DNA of 64,000 nt from the NCBI GenBank assembly GCA_026416815.1, contig JAOAEJ010000090.1, positions 62,486 through 126,485 on the forward strand. The letters are read 5' to 3'. The stretch comes from Clostridia bacterium (GTDB lineage: Bacteria > Bacillota > Clostridia > Acetivibrionales > DSM-2933). This document shows positions 39,594-49,044 of the stretch, piece after piece. The position numbers and the translations under genes were made by a program. The notes below the pieces were generated by a model. The model was not told where the DNA came from, made no database searches, and was given only the letters and a program-made list of their open reading frames with translations. The first letter of the stretch is position 1. Every line of letters begins with the position of its first letter.

Positions 39594-40463
39594 TTATTTT
39601 TGCGAAAACACATTTGCTAATTGGGCAAATTGTGAAATAGTGAGAGTTTCTCCTCTTTGTTTTTCGTCAATCCCCATACTTTCAAGTATTTGTTTAATTT
39701 CTTCCTTACCCTTCATAAAACACCCTGAGTTTGACAATGCATTTACCAGTGTCTTCCGCCTTTGTCCGAAGGATGCTTTGACAGTCTTAAAAAACATATC
39801 CTTATCCAACAACTCTACAGGGGGAGATTTTAAAATGCTTAATTTGATTACTGTGGAATCCACATCAGGCTGGGGAACAAAACAATGGGGAGGGACATTA
39901 AATACTCTTTCAGGCTTGGAATAGTATTGTACAGCAACGGATAGTGCACCATAGTCCTTACCCCCAGGGCTTGCACTCATCCTTTCAGCAACTTCCTTTT
40001 GAACCATAAATACCATAACATCAATATCAAGATTTTCCTCAAGAAACTTCATTATAATAGGCGTAGTGATATAATACGGTAGGTTCGCTACTACTTTAAC
40101 CGTATCAATGGCAGTTCCGTCTGAATTGTTCCTTAGCCTCTCGTCAATAATCTTCTTTAAATTAACTTTCATTATATCTGCATTTATTAATTCAACGTTA
40201 TCATAGTCTTTTAGCACGTCGGATAAAGCAGGAATAAGGTGCTTATCTATTTCTACAGCAACTACTCTTCCGGCCCTTTCAGCCAGCTCTACTGTCATAC
40301 TACCTGCTCCGGGACCTACTTCTATTACAAGGTCATTCTTTCCTACATCGGCAGCATCTACTATGCGCTTTACAATATTGTGGTCGGTTAGAAAGTTTTG
40401 TCCAAGTGATTTTGTAAGTCTTATATTATGTTTTTTGATAATCTCTCTTGTATCTCTAGCCAT
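39594..40463 (-). CDS. rsmA: 16S rRNA (adenine1518/1519-N6)-dimethyltransferase RsmA/KsgA
   Basis: SLGQNFL and VIEVGPGAG motifs. Confidence 0.9.
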   Translation of the reverse strand: MARDTREIIKKHNIRLTKSLGQNFLTDHNIVKRIVDAADVGKNDLVIEVGPGAGSMTVELAERAGRVVAVEIDKHLIPALSDVLKDYDNVELINADIMKVNLKKIIDERLRNNSDGTAIDTVKVVANLPYYITTPIIMKFLEENLDIDVMVFMVQKEVAERMSASPGGKDYGALSVAVQYYSKPERVFNVPPHCFVPQPDVDSTVIKLSILKSPPVELLDKDMFFKTVKASFGQRRKTLVNALSNSGCFMKGKEEIKQILESMGIDEKQRGETLTISQFAQLANVFSQK

Positions 40464-40621
40464 TTAGTGTTTACACTCCCTGCCTTATTTTTTTCTTTAA
40501 GTTTAAATCTATATATGTTGCAATAAATGTTTTACATGTTGAGTAAAGTATTTATTACATTTTATATATTAAACATATTTTATCAAATCTACTATAAACA
40601 ATTCCTACAAATAATGAAATT

Positions 40622-40653
40622 AAAACAAAATGGCCGGAATACTAATTCCGGCC
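40622..40653 (-). terminator. Terminator after the 3D-domain gene
   Basis: GGCCGGAAU/AUUCCGGCC 9-bp stem followed by a U-rich tract on the minus strand. Confidence 0.6.
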
Positions 40654-40784
40654 CATAATTTTAGTCCCTTTTAAATTGGTTTAAGTAAAAAGTCATCTCC
40701 TCTTTTGCTTGGTCAATGTTTCAAGGGTTTTACCCTTAAAGATTGTGACCCAATGCAATAACGAAACTGGTAATGGTTTATTAC

Positions 40785-41843
40785 TTAGTCACGGAGGATA
40801 TAGACTTTTACTCTCCTACGGCCCCAGTTTTTAACAGTCTCTGAGCTATCAAAGTACAGGTCTATCAGATTTCCTTTTATAGCTCCTCCGATATCCCCTG
40901 CTATTGCATACCCGTAATCAGGAGCATCTCCTGCTACCTCTATATACATTCTGGTACCTAAAGGTATTACTCTCGGGTCTACTGCAATAACACCTTTTCT
41001 TGCTCTCATACCGGTGTATGTTATACCAAAGCCAGGATCACCTGGACGCTTTCCGGTATCTGCATAAGAAGCTGTATAAGCGGTAGCCTTCATGTTGAGT
41101 ACTTTCTTGTATCTTATGGTATCGCCCCTGGCAGTCTTATAGTTTGATACAGTACCATACTCAACAATTTTGTCAATTGGATTGGAAACTACCATATCTT
41201 TAATTAGTTCTCTTGCTACTTCTTTGCCATCTTCCAAAACAATCTTGAATAATTTTTCGCGTATTCCTTGCTTACCCTCTTTAAGCACTTTTTCGGTGCC
41301 TTGGTCCAGACGATCACTTCCTCTTTTCGTCACCCTGTAAGGTATAGAAGTTTTTTCACTAACTACTTCTTCCTTTACCCTTACCACTTTGATTTTCATG
41401 TCTTTGACAACCTTATCAAAGGCGTTGACACCTTCCAAACGATCGGTGCTGGTTACTTTTACAGGGCTATTTGCAAGTGCATCTTTAACGGTATTCCTGT
41501 AAGTCATTAACTTTATGTCTTGTCCGTCAACTAGAACGCTAATTGGTACAGCTCTTTTTATGTATAGTTCGTTTTTTCTTATCTTCTGTAGTTTTGTCTC
41601 AAGTGGTAAACTAATGTAGTCCTCAGGTTTTACCTTAATCCCGTTTTGCTCCAGAACTTCTTTTACGGTAGTTTTCATAGTCTTTACAACAATCTGCTTC
41701 CCGTCATCGTCTATTACCACTTCCTTCTTTAAGGAAAGGAAAACACCGACTCCGGCAGTTGCAGAGATTACAATTGCCAAAACAACAATCACAAACTCTT
41801 TTAATGAAAAATACCTTTTAATACTTTCCGCAAGCGGTATCAA
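40785..41843 (-). CDS. YabE-like cell-wall protein (DUF348-G5-3D domain architecture)
   Basis: TTG start with GGAGG upstream. C-terminal 3D-domain motifs (ATAY...G..A..G.IAVDP..IPLGT...I). The position next to ksgA matches B. subtilis yabE. Confidence 0.7.
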   Translation of the reverse strand: MIPLAESIKRYFSLKEFVIVVLAIVISATAGVGVFLSLKKEVVIDDDGKQIVVKTMKTTVKEVLEQNGIKVKPEDYISLPLETKLQKIRKNELYIKRAVPISVLVDGQDIKLMTYRNTVKDALANSPVKVTSTDRLEGVNAFDKVVKDMKIKVVRVKEEVVSEKTSIPYRVTKRGSDRLDQGTEKVLKEGKQGIREKLFKIVLEDGKEVARELIKDMVVSNPIDKIVEYGTVSNYKTARGDTIRYKKVLNMKATAYTASYADTGKRPGDPGFGITYTGMRARKGVIAVDPRVIPLGTRMYIEVAGDAPDYGYAIAGDIGGAIKGNLIDLYFDSSETVKNWGRRRVKVYILRD

Positions 41844-42005
41844 TACATCAACCTCCTGTTTTAAATACTTAAAGGGACTGTGACTATTTTATTCCATGCT
41901 GGCAAATTTGTCAAATTTATTGCCACATAGCTCCTTCTATTGAGATTATTTACCTTAAACTTATATATTATACTTCAGTTTGTAACTTTTTATGTATGCT
42001 GTATC

Positions 42006-42040
42006 AAAAAAAATTAAGCAGGTGCTTTTTAAACACCTGC
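42006..42040 (-). terminator. Rho-independent terminator (GCAGGTG...CACCTGC + U8) located 3' of element D
   Basis: On the minus strand the hairpin is followed by UUAAUUUUUUUU. Confidence 0.7.
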
Positions 42041-42044
42041 CTAT

Positions 42045-42145
42045 TGCTTTTTAACATTATAAAATTCTATTCACTCTAATATAAGAAATGCACTTCTTCT
42101 ATTGTTGTACCTTGTTGCTAGAAACAAATTCTATTACAAGGCAGT
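42045..42145 (-). repeat. Family 1 double-hairpin element, copy D, sitting between the stop codon of 42165..42554 and its terminator
   Basis: The reverse complement ACTGCCTTGTAATAGAATTTGTTTCTAGCAACAAGGTACAACAATAGAAGAAGTGCATTTCTTATATT...AATGTTAAAAAGCAA aligns with copy A. Confidence 0.7.
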
Positions 42146-42164
42146 AGTATAAATAACTCCGTTA

Positions 42165-42554
42165 CTACTGCTGCATTCCGCCTATTGGGCTATAGTACAT
42201 ATATGGGTTATACATATATGGGTTTGGCATATATGTATTAATCATTGCCGGGCTCATAGCTTGCTGGCTCATCATGCTGCCCGATCCAGCTGTATCCTGT
42301 CCGTAAAGCATAGGGCATTGCATATTAATAAGATAGGGACAGCACACAAATGGCATTTGTGGCATTGGGGTTACTCCCGGCATTTGCTGAGTCATCGGCA
42401 TTTGTTGAATATAAGGCAGCTGCATCTGTGGCATTTGTGGCATTGATTGCATTTGTGGTATTTGCTGCTGCATGTGTTGTCCGCATCCACAATCGTCATC
42501 ATACATAATATTTGCTGGCATTTCCTCGTTAACCATATCCCTTTCATCACTCAT
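42165..42554 (-). CDS. Met/Gln/Pro-rich low-complexity small protein (spore-coat-like composition)
   Basis: Repeats of QMPQMPQM and PYMYNPYMY. No domain. Confidence 0.45.
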   Translation of the reverse strand: MSDERDMVNEEMPANIMYDDDCGCGQHMQQQIPQMQSMPQMPQMQLPYIQQMPMTQQMPGVTPMPQMPFVCCPYLINMQCPMLYGQDTAGSGSMMSQQAMSPAMINTYMPNPYMYNPYMYYSPIGGMQQ

Positions 42555-42643
42555 ATAAACTAACCTCCAGTAACAAACTCTCTTTCCCTAACATTATATG
42601 AGTGATGAAGAAAATGGTGATATTACCCATTATGTTAACCATT

Positions 42644-43333
42644 CTATCGTGTAGAGGAAACTTCCCAAATAGCCCACCTCTCTTTTAGAGGTTCGTAGGT
42701 CATTTTGAAGAACACTTGGTTTAATCCGCTAATAAATATAGTTTCGCTTGAGTTCTCCAGTTTTTCCACATCCAGTACCACTTTGAACGTTATACCACCT
42801 CTGTTCTGATTGCTACCGGCTTCATTGTCCAGTTTTATTGATTTTAGCTTCATACTTTTTATTGAATTTTTATAGCTGCTTATAAAATCAAAGAGTTCAA
42901 ACTTACTATCCTCTACTTGATTTATTTGCAACTCGTAGGCAGCTTCATACTTTGTACTATCAATATTTTCCACCCATTTTTTCACTATTGCTTCAAGTGA
43001 AGCAGTATCCATCTCCTGTTTGAGTTTGTTTATAACCTCGTTTTTCTGTTCAAGTTCTCCTTTAATTGCCTGACTCGCTTCCTCGGCCTGCTTCTTCTCG
43101 GAGCGGAGCCTAGTATTCTGATCATCAAGGTCGCTTATATCTTCTCTTAACTGTTTGTTGATATAATCAAGGGTTTCTATTTTTTTTTGAAGGTCTTCAA
43201 TTTTAACACTACTGCTGGAATTCAGACTCTCTATACTTTTTATCTTATCCTCCCTGTCCCAGAGAAGATAATTGAATGCAATAAAAACAGTCAGTATAAG
43301 AGTGCAAATAAGTATCAGAACCAATTTCTTCAT
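42644..43333 (-). CDS. Membrane-anchored coiled-coil protein
   Basis: N-terminal TM segment followed by a long coiled coil. Confidence 0.5.
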   Translation of the reverse strand: MKKLVLILICTLILTVFIAFNYLLWDREDKIKSIESLNSSSSVKIEDLQKKIETLDYINKQLREDISDLDDQNTRLRSEKKQAEEASQAIKGELEQKNEVINKLKQEMDTASLEAIVKKWVENIDSTKYEAAYELQINQVEDSKFELFDFISSYKNSIKSMKLKSIKLDNEAGSNQNRGGITFKVVLDVEKLENSSETIFISGLNQVFFKMTYEPLKERWAIWEVSSTR

Positions 43334-43384
43334 AATACCCCCACCCCTCGGATGAAAATGAGAAAAATTTTATAGCCTGTCCGG

Positions 43385-44152
43385 CTATACTATCCTAAAC
43401 AGAGTCTTTGCATTATTTGCCGTGATTTTTGCAACCTCTTCCACACTAATTCCCTTAATTTCAGCTACTTTCTCAGCTACATACCTTATATATCCCGAAT
43501 CATTCCTTTTTCCTCTGTGAGGTTCCGGAGTGAGATAAGGACAATCGGTTTCGATAAGCATTCTGTCGTTTGGAAGCATTTTTACTACCTCTATTAGTTT
43601 TTTGGCATTCTTAAAGGTAACTGCTCCGCCTATTGAAATATAAAAGTTATGTTTTAATACTTCTCTGGCCATCTCTACACTTCCTGAATAGCAGTGGAAA
43701 ACGCCCCCTACCTCTTCAGCTCTTTCAACCTTTATTATATTTAGTGTATCCTCATGGGCATCTCTATCATGGACTATTATCGGGAGTTTAAGGTCCTTTG
43801 CTAAATTGATTTGTTTGGCAAACCAATATTTCTGTATTTCCCTTGGTGAATAGTCGTAGTAGTAATCAAGCCCTATCTCGCCGATAGCCACTACCCTCTC
43901 ATGTCCTGCAAAGTCTGCTAGGGTCACAATAGTATTATCATTGCTTTCACTTACATTATGAGGATGTATGCCCACTGCTGCATATACAAAATCAAACTCC
44001 TGGGCTAGCCCTATACATTCAATGGAAGAGGCTATGTTGGAAGCAGCATTTATTATATAAGAAACTCCGCCCTCATGTACTCTTTTCAAAACCTCATATC
44101 TATCATTATCAAATTTTTCATCATCATAGTGGGCATGGGTATCAAACAACAT
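43385..44152 (-). CDS. tatD: TatD-family metal-dependent DNase (YabD-like)
   Basis: N-terminal DTHAH motif, 255 aa. Confidence 0.85.
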   Translation of the reverse strand: MLFDTHAHYDDEKFDNDRYEVLKRVHEGGVSYIINAASNIASSIECIGLAQEFDFVYAAVGIHPHNVSESNDNTIVTLADFAGHERVVAIGEIGLDYYYDYSPREIQKYWFAKQINLAKDLKLPIIVHDRDAHEDTLNIIKVERAEEVGGVFHCYSGSVEMAREVLKHNFYISIGGAVTFKNAKKLIEVVKMLPNDRMLIETDCPYLTPEPHRGKRNDSGYIRYVAEKVAEIKGISVEEVAKITANNAKTLFRIV

Positions 44153-44290
44153 TATTCTCTCCTGTAGTTTGTGTAAATTTTACATTACTTTGTCTGTTTT
44201 TAAGTCAATTACATATAATTACTGTATATATTATATATTATTATCGTCGGTTCAACAATTATAATCACATTATTCAGTATTTAAATTTGT

Positions 44291-44338
44291 ACAACAACAA
44301 AGCGCCATAATTGTGCTAAATGCTCCAATTACGGCGCC
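44291..44338 (-). terminator. Putative terminator after metG
   Basis: GCGCCAUAAUUG/CAAUUACGGCGC stem followed by a U-rich tract on the minus strand. Confidence 0.4.
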
Positions 44339-44366
44339 TAATACTTATGTTAACTTATACAAGTAC

Positions 44367-46352
44367 CTATCTTACTCTTGAACCGCTACCCATATCCTTA
44401 TCTAACGCTGCAAGTGCAAGATCGCTATCATCTGAGGCTGCAAGAATCATACCTTGAGATTCTATTCCCCTTAGCTTAACCGGCTTGAGGTTTGCAACCA
44501 GAATTACATTTTTGCCTATAATACTTTCAGGTGAATAATGCTTCGCGATTCCCGATACAACCTGACGTATCTCATTGCCCATCTGCAGCTTAAGCTTTAG
44601 AAGCTTATCAGCTCCCTCAACCTTCTCAGCCTCAAGTACCTTTGCAACCCTTAGGTCTATTTTTGCAAAGTCCTCAATAGTAATCAACTCGCTAGCTTCT
44701 TCAACTTTTTCCTTTTTATCGCCTTTGGAGCTTTTCGGAGCTTCCTTTGTCTCCTTCTTCTCTTTTTCGGCGGTATTCTGTCCCGACAGTTTTTCCAGCT
44801 CTTCCAGCTCTTTTTTGACATCTATCCTGGGGAAAATAACTTCGCCTTTATTTACCGAAGCTCCATGAGGATATCTGCCCCATACTTTTGCACTTTCCCA
44901 AGATACGGTTTCATCGTTTTTTAAGCCAAGCTGTCCCCATATTTTTTCCGGAGTCTGGGGCATAAACGGCTGTATCAATATAGAGATTATCCTGATACTT
45001 TCGGCAAGATTGTACATTACGCCCGCTAATCTTGCTTTGTTTGACTCATCCTTTGCCAATATCCACGGTGCGGTTTCATCGATGTATTTATTGGTTCTGG
45101 ATACCGCTTTCCAGATTTCCGTCAGGGCAGTATTGAACTGCAGCTTATCCAGCAGCTCCTCCACTTTTATAGGGGTCTCCATTACAATCTTTTTCAAGTC
45201 TTCATCAAAATCACCCTGCTGAAGTTCTGAAGGCATAACACCTCCAAAATACTTATCTATCATGGCAACAGTTCTGCTTACAAGGTTTCCGAGGTCATTT
45301 GCCAAATCGGAATTTATCCTGTTTATAAGTGCTTCATTTGAGAATATACCATCGGAACCAAAGGGTACTTCTCTGAGCAGGAAGTACCTTATAGCGTCCA
45401 GCCCGTATTTTTCTACCAGGATCACAGGGTCAACTACATTGCCCTTGGATTTTGACATTTTGCCTCCCTCAAGGAGCAGCCACCCATGACCGAATATCTG
45501 CTTGGGAAGCGGTTCTCCCAGAGCCATGAGCATCGCGGGCCATATTATTGTATGGAAACGTATTATCTCTTTACCTACAAGGTGTACATCTGCAGGCCAG
45601 AATTTTTTATAGTCTTCATTGTTTTCCGTCATATACCCTAACGCAGTTATATAATTGGACAGCGCGTCTATCCATACATATACCACATGTTTCTCGTCAA
45701 AGCTTACGGGTATTCCCCAATTGAAGGTGGTTCTTGAAACGCATAAATCTTCCAGACCCGGCCTGAGGAAGTTATTGAGCATTTCATTCTGCCTGGTTAC
45801 AGGTTGTATAAAGTCAGGATTTTCCTCTATGTGTTTTATGAGCCTATCCTGATACTTCGAAAGCCTGAAGAAATAGCTTTCCTCTTTTGTAAGTTCAACC
45901 TCTCTGGCGCAGTCGGGGCACTTGCCTTCCACTAGCTGGGTTTTTGTCCAGAAGGACTCACAGGGTGTACAATACCAGCCTTCATACTCGCTCTTGTATA
46001 TGTCACCTTGATCATAGAGTTTTTTAAATATTTTCTGGACTATTTCTTCATGGTACTTGTCTGTGGTCCTTATAAACTTATCGTTTGTTATCTTCATAAG
46101 CTTCCACAGCTCTTTTATACCTGCAACTATATCATCAACATATTGCTTTGGAGTAATCCCTTTTTCTTCAGCTTTTCTTTGAATTTTTTGTCCGTGTTCA
46201 TCAGTGCCTGTAAGAAACATCACATCATATCCCTTAAGCCTCTTATACCTTGCAACGGCATCTGCCGCAACGGTGGTATATGAATGCCCTATATGCAGCT
46301 TGTCACTGGGGTAGTATATGGGGGTAGTGATGTAATACGTATTATTACCCAT
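44367..46352 (-). CDS. metG: Methionine--tRNA ligase with C-terminal tRNA-binding (EMAP-like) domain
   Basis: HIGH-type signature HIGH(SYTT), KMSKS, Zn knuckle CPDC. Start taken at the internal ATG (MGNNTYYITTPIYY). Confidence 0.9.
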   Translation of the reverse strand: MGNNTYYITTPIYYPSDKLHIGHSYTTVAADAVARYKRLKGYDVMFLTGTDEHGQKIQRKAEEKGITPKQYVDDIVAGIKELWKLMKITNDKFIRTTDKYHEEIVQKIFKKLYDQGDIYKSEYEGWYCTPCESFWTKTQLVEGKCPDCAREVELTKEESYFFRLSKYQDRLIKHIEENPDFIQPVTRQNEMLNNFLRPGLEDLCVSRTTFNWGIPVSFDEKHVVYVWIDALSNYITALGYMTENNEDYKKFWPADVHLVGKEIIRFHTIIWPAMLMALGEPLPKQIFGHGWLLLEGGKMSKSKGNVVDPVILVEKYGLDAIRYFLLREVPFGSDGIFSNEALINRINSDLANDLGNLVSRTVAMIDKYFGGVMPSELQQGDFDEDLKKIVMETPIKVEELLDKLQFNTALTEIWKAVSRTNKYIDETAPWILAKDESNKARLAGVMYNLAESIRIISILIQPFMPQTPEKIWGQLGLKNDETVSWESAKVWGRYPHGASVNKGEVIFPRIDVKKELEELEKLSGQNTAEKEKKETKEAPKSSKGDKKEKVEEASELITIEDFAKIDLRVAKVLEAEKVEGADKLLKLKLQMGNEIRQVVSGIAKHYSPESIIGKNVILVANLKPVKLRGIESQGMILAASDDSDLALAALDKDMGSGSRVR

Positions 46353-46620
46353 TCTTTTGCCTCCTTTATGTAAAAGCATACCTTAATTATTATTTCGTAA
46401 TTAACTCCAAACTCACATCCAATACCATTTGAGACAACTTAAGTTGAACTTGTGCGAATCATATGGTTTGTAAAGTAAGTATACCAAATATTATTAACCT
46501 GCATGAATTTATTTAATAATACTATACATATTTAAAGACCTTTTTTCAAGGAATTTTAATATATCAATCCTAAATTAGGGCTGTATTATTTATGTACTTG
46601 CAGTGCAGATAATTTACTTC

Positions 46621-46703
46621 AGTTGTTATTTTTTCATCATAAGTCCCAAAATAACAAAGTAGTACTAACTGGAAACTACTAAGTGTACAGTAAACTATCT
46701 TTA
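46621..46703. repeat. Composite of repeat fragments: the 3' part of a family 3 element (46621..46665) followed by a family 2 3'-terminus-like fragment (ACTAAGT...GTAAACTATCTTTA)
   Basis: GTTGTTATTTTTTCATCATAAGTCCCAAAATAACAAAGTAGTA matches the E1 3' half. AGTAAACTATCTTTA matches the right half of the 30437 palindrome. Confidence 0.5.
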
Positions 46704-46797
46704 GCTTATCAGGTTATAAATAATTAATACCCTGGAAAAAATTATTGTATAAGTTAACAAGGAGGTTTTTAATATCAAGACTAAGTATATTAGTGGA

Positions 46798-47835
46798 ATG
46801 AAACTGATATTTGAATTTGTGCATAAAGTTTTCCCCGAAGTATCAAAGGAGCTCAACCGCTGGTCATCAATATGCTGTACTTCGGAAGATAAAGTACTGG
46901 GCAAACAAGCTTTGTCGAGTATCAGATTAAAGAAATTTCATGCTCAGGGTGGCAGCGTATATGCCCTTTATCCCGGCGTAGACATGGAAAGTACAATAAA
47001 ATTTATTGTTGCGCTACAGACCATTAGCGATTACCTTGATAATCTCTGTGATAGAGCCGGGGTCCAAAGTGAAGCTGCATTCCGTCAGCTGCACTATTCA
47101 ATGCTGGACGCAGTTGACCCGGAACGCAGTATTAATGATTATTATTTCTTTTATCCGTTTCAGAGGGATAATGACTACCTCAGGAGGCTTGTTGAGGAGT
47201 GCAGAAGTCAAGTAAGCAAAATTCCTTCCTATAATAAGGTAATTGAACCTATAAAAAAATATATTATGATGTATTCCGATTTGCAGACTTATAAACATTT
47301 GCCCCATGACATAAGGGAAAAACGTATGCTTGAATGGTCGCGAAGCTACCTTGGGCAATATCCCGAAATATCCTGCTGGGAGTTTTCAGCGGCCACCGGC
47401 TCTACTCTCGGCATTTTTGTATTGGCGGCGGCGGCTCACGATCCATACCTTACTACTGAAGACGTTATGTGTCTTGAAGCTGCATATTTCCCGTGGATAT
47501 GCGGCCTGCACATTCTCCTTGACTACTATATAGATTCCCAGGAAGATATGAAGGAGGGTGACTTGAATTTTACTCACTATTATGACAACTTAAAGCAGTG
47601 TGAAGAAAGGCTTTGTCTATTTATTGAACGCTCTCTGGAAAATTGCATGAAATTGCGATACCCAAAGTTTCATACTACTGTTGTAAAAGGCCTTCTTGCC
47701 ATGTACTTGTCTGACCCTAAGGCACTATTCGGTTTAAACAGACTTGCCAGTTGGAATCTAATCAAAAATGGGGCCCATGGTACCACCCTTTATTACAGGC
47801 TATGCAGATTGCTTAGATTCGCAGGAGCACTTTAG
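46798..47835 (+). CDS. DUF2600-family protein (YtpB/tetraprenyl-beta-curcumene synthase-like), tentative
   Basis: 345 aa. The N-terminal VFPEVSKELNRW pattern recalls YtpB homologs. Low confidence. Confidence 0.35.
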   Translation: MKLIFEFVHKVFPEVSKELNRWSSICCTSEDKVLGKQALSSIRLKKFHAQGGSVYALYPGVDMESTIKFIVALQTISDYLDNLCDRAGVQSEAAFRQLHYSMLDAVDPERSINDYYFFYPFQRDNDYLRRLVEECRSQVSKIPSYNKVIEPIKKYIMMYSDLQTYKHLPHDIREKRMLEWSRSYLGQYPEISCWEFSAATGSTLGIFVLAAAAHDPYLTTEDVMCLEAAYFPWICGLHILLDYYIDSQEDMKEGDLNFTHYYDNLKQCEERLCLFIERSLENCMKLRYPKFHTTVVKGLLAMYLSDPKALFGLNRLASWNLIKNGAHGTTLYYRLCRLLRFAGAL

Positions 47836-47842
47836 TGCAGCT

Positions 47843-47945
47843 AGTGCTTTTTAACATTACAAATTTCTAGTATATGAAATGTTAAAAATGCACTTCCTTG
47901 GTTGTTGTGCCTTGCCTCTATAAACGAATTCTGCTACAAGGCACT
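47843..47945 (-). repeat. Family 1 double-hairpin element, copy B (reverse orientation), in a convergent intergenic region
   Basis: Reverse complement is ~90% identical to 14263..14365. Confidence 0.8.
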
Positions 47946-48074
47946 ATTCTGCTATAGTCAAACCTGCTTATATAGCACAATGCCGGTGTGGTCCTCCCCT
48001 CCCACATCCGGCATCGTGTCACTGTTGAATATTTAAAGTACAAACGTACCAACAGCCTCTAATATATGTGTAAA

Positions 48075-48506
48075 TCAGCCAGCCTGATCCAAAAAACTGA
48101 AATATTCTTCAATAACTCTGGCAAACTTCCTGCCCGAATACTCCCCAACCTCTTTTATAAAGTCTTCCAACTGAATACTCCATCTAATCTTTAAAACTCT
48201 TTCCAACTCACAGCTGTCAATCGGTATCAAAAATAACTCTTCCAGCAGTACCTTCAACTTGGACTTGTCCTTTTGGGCTATACATTGCTTAACCTGCATA
48301 GTAGTAATTTCTTTACCTCTGCCTGTAGCCTTCAAATAGCTTTGAAACTCAAATAAAGAATGTTCCAGATCGTATACATCCAGATAACTGCTTACAAACA
48401 AGTCAAAGTATTCCTCGGTATTACAAAGCAATTTCATCCATCTTTTCAGATACCTGCTCTGGGTGTTTAAAATCATTTTAATATGCTTTTCCTTAATATC
48501 CCCCAT
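48075..48506 (-). CDS. Hypothetical protein (143 aa)
   Basis: ORF only. Confidence 0.4.
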   Translation of the reverse strand: MGDIKEKHIKMILNTQSRYLKRWMKLLCNTEEYFDLFVSSYLDVYDLEHSLFEFQSYLKATGRGKEITTMQVKQCIAQKDKSKLKVLLEELFLIPIDSCELERVLKIRWSIQLEDFIKEVGEYSGRKFARVIEEYFSFLDQAG

Positions 48507-48615
48507 AAAACTCCCCTGCCTAAATAAAATAAATATAATTGATTAAAGGTTAAACCAAACATTCAAATATTTATATCGAAGTACCAATTTATTACATATA
48601 CAGTTTTTATACCTG

Positions 48616-48906
48616 CTATAAATCTATATAATCTTCAAAATTTATATTTTTGTCCTTACAAAACCTCATAACTCCACCTAGTACTTTTTTACCACCACCT
48701 ATACCTTTATTAACAAATCTGTGAAGATGAGAGGTATCAATGTCCACTTCCCGCGCAAACCTGGCATAATTGCCCTCACAGTACGTATCTATTAATTGTT
48801 TGATTTTCTCTCTATTTACCTTCATCGTGTGTCCATCTCCTATTTTAACTAACTTGCCGCGGTACATTTCGTCTACTTTTATATTATATTCCCCTATGCG
48901 TATCAT
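48616..48906 (-). CDS. Small HTH-containing protein (96 aa)
   Basis: YARFAREVDIDTSHLHRFVNKG resembles an XRE-type helix-turn-helix. Confidence 0.4.
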   Translation of the reverse strand: MIRIGEYNIKVDEMYRGKLVKIGDGHTMKVNREKIKQLIDTYCEGNYARFAREVDIDTSHLHRFVNKGIGGGKKVLGGVMRFCKDKNINFEDYIDL

Positions 48907-49003
48907 GTCAATATATAACAGAACATGATTTTACAGTAATATACTTCAAATTTCATTTAACTGCTAAAGTATTGGAAATATTAGAAAATCATTGCTTTGA
49001 GCT

Positions 49004-49016
49004 AAGATAATATCTT
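49004..49016. promoter_or_regulatory. Perfect palindrome AAGATAATATCTT overlapping a TATAAT -10 hexamer just upstream of the XRE regulator gene; candidate autoregulatory operator
   Basis: Seen directly. TATAAT at 49015..49020. RBS GGGGGTGA at 49033..49040. Confidence 0.5.
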
Positions 49017-49044
49017 ATAATAAATGCAAACAGGGGGTGAGCTT

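Noticed and set aside
41844-42044. Possible c-di-AMP (ydaO-type) riboswitch upstream of the YabE-like 3D-domain gene
   Set aside because: The leader is AT-rich and lacks the ACGGGG/CCCAC-type conserved GC blocks. It contains repeat element D and a terminator instead.
46380-46797. Expected T-box leader upstream of metG
   Set aside because: No AGGGTGGNACCGCG-like T-box core or specifier-loop architecture is seen on the minus strand. The region instead holds repeat fragments.
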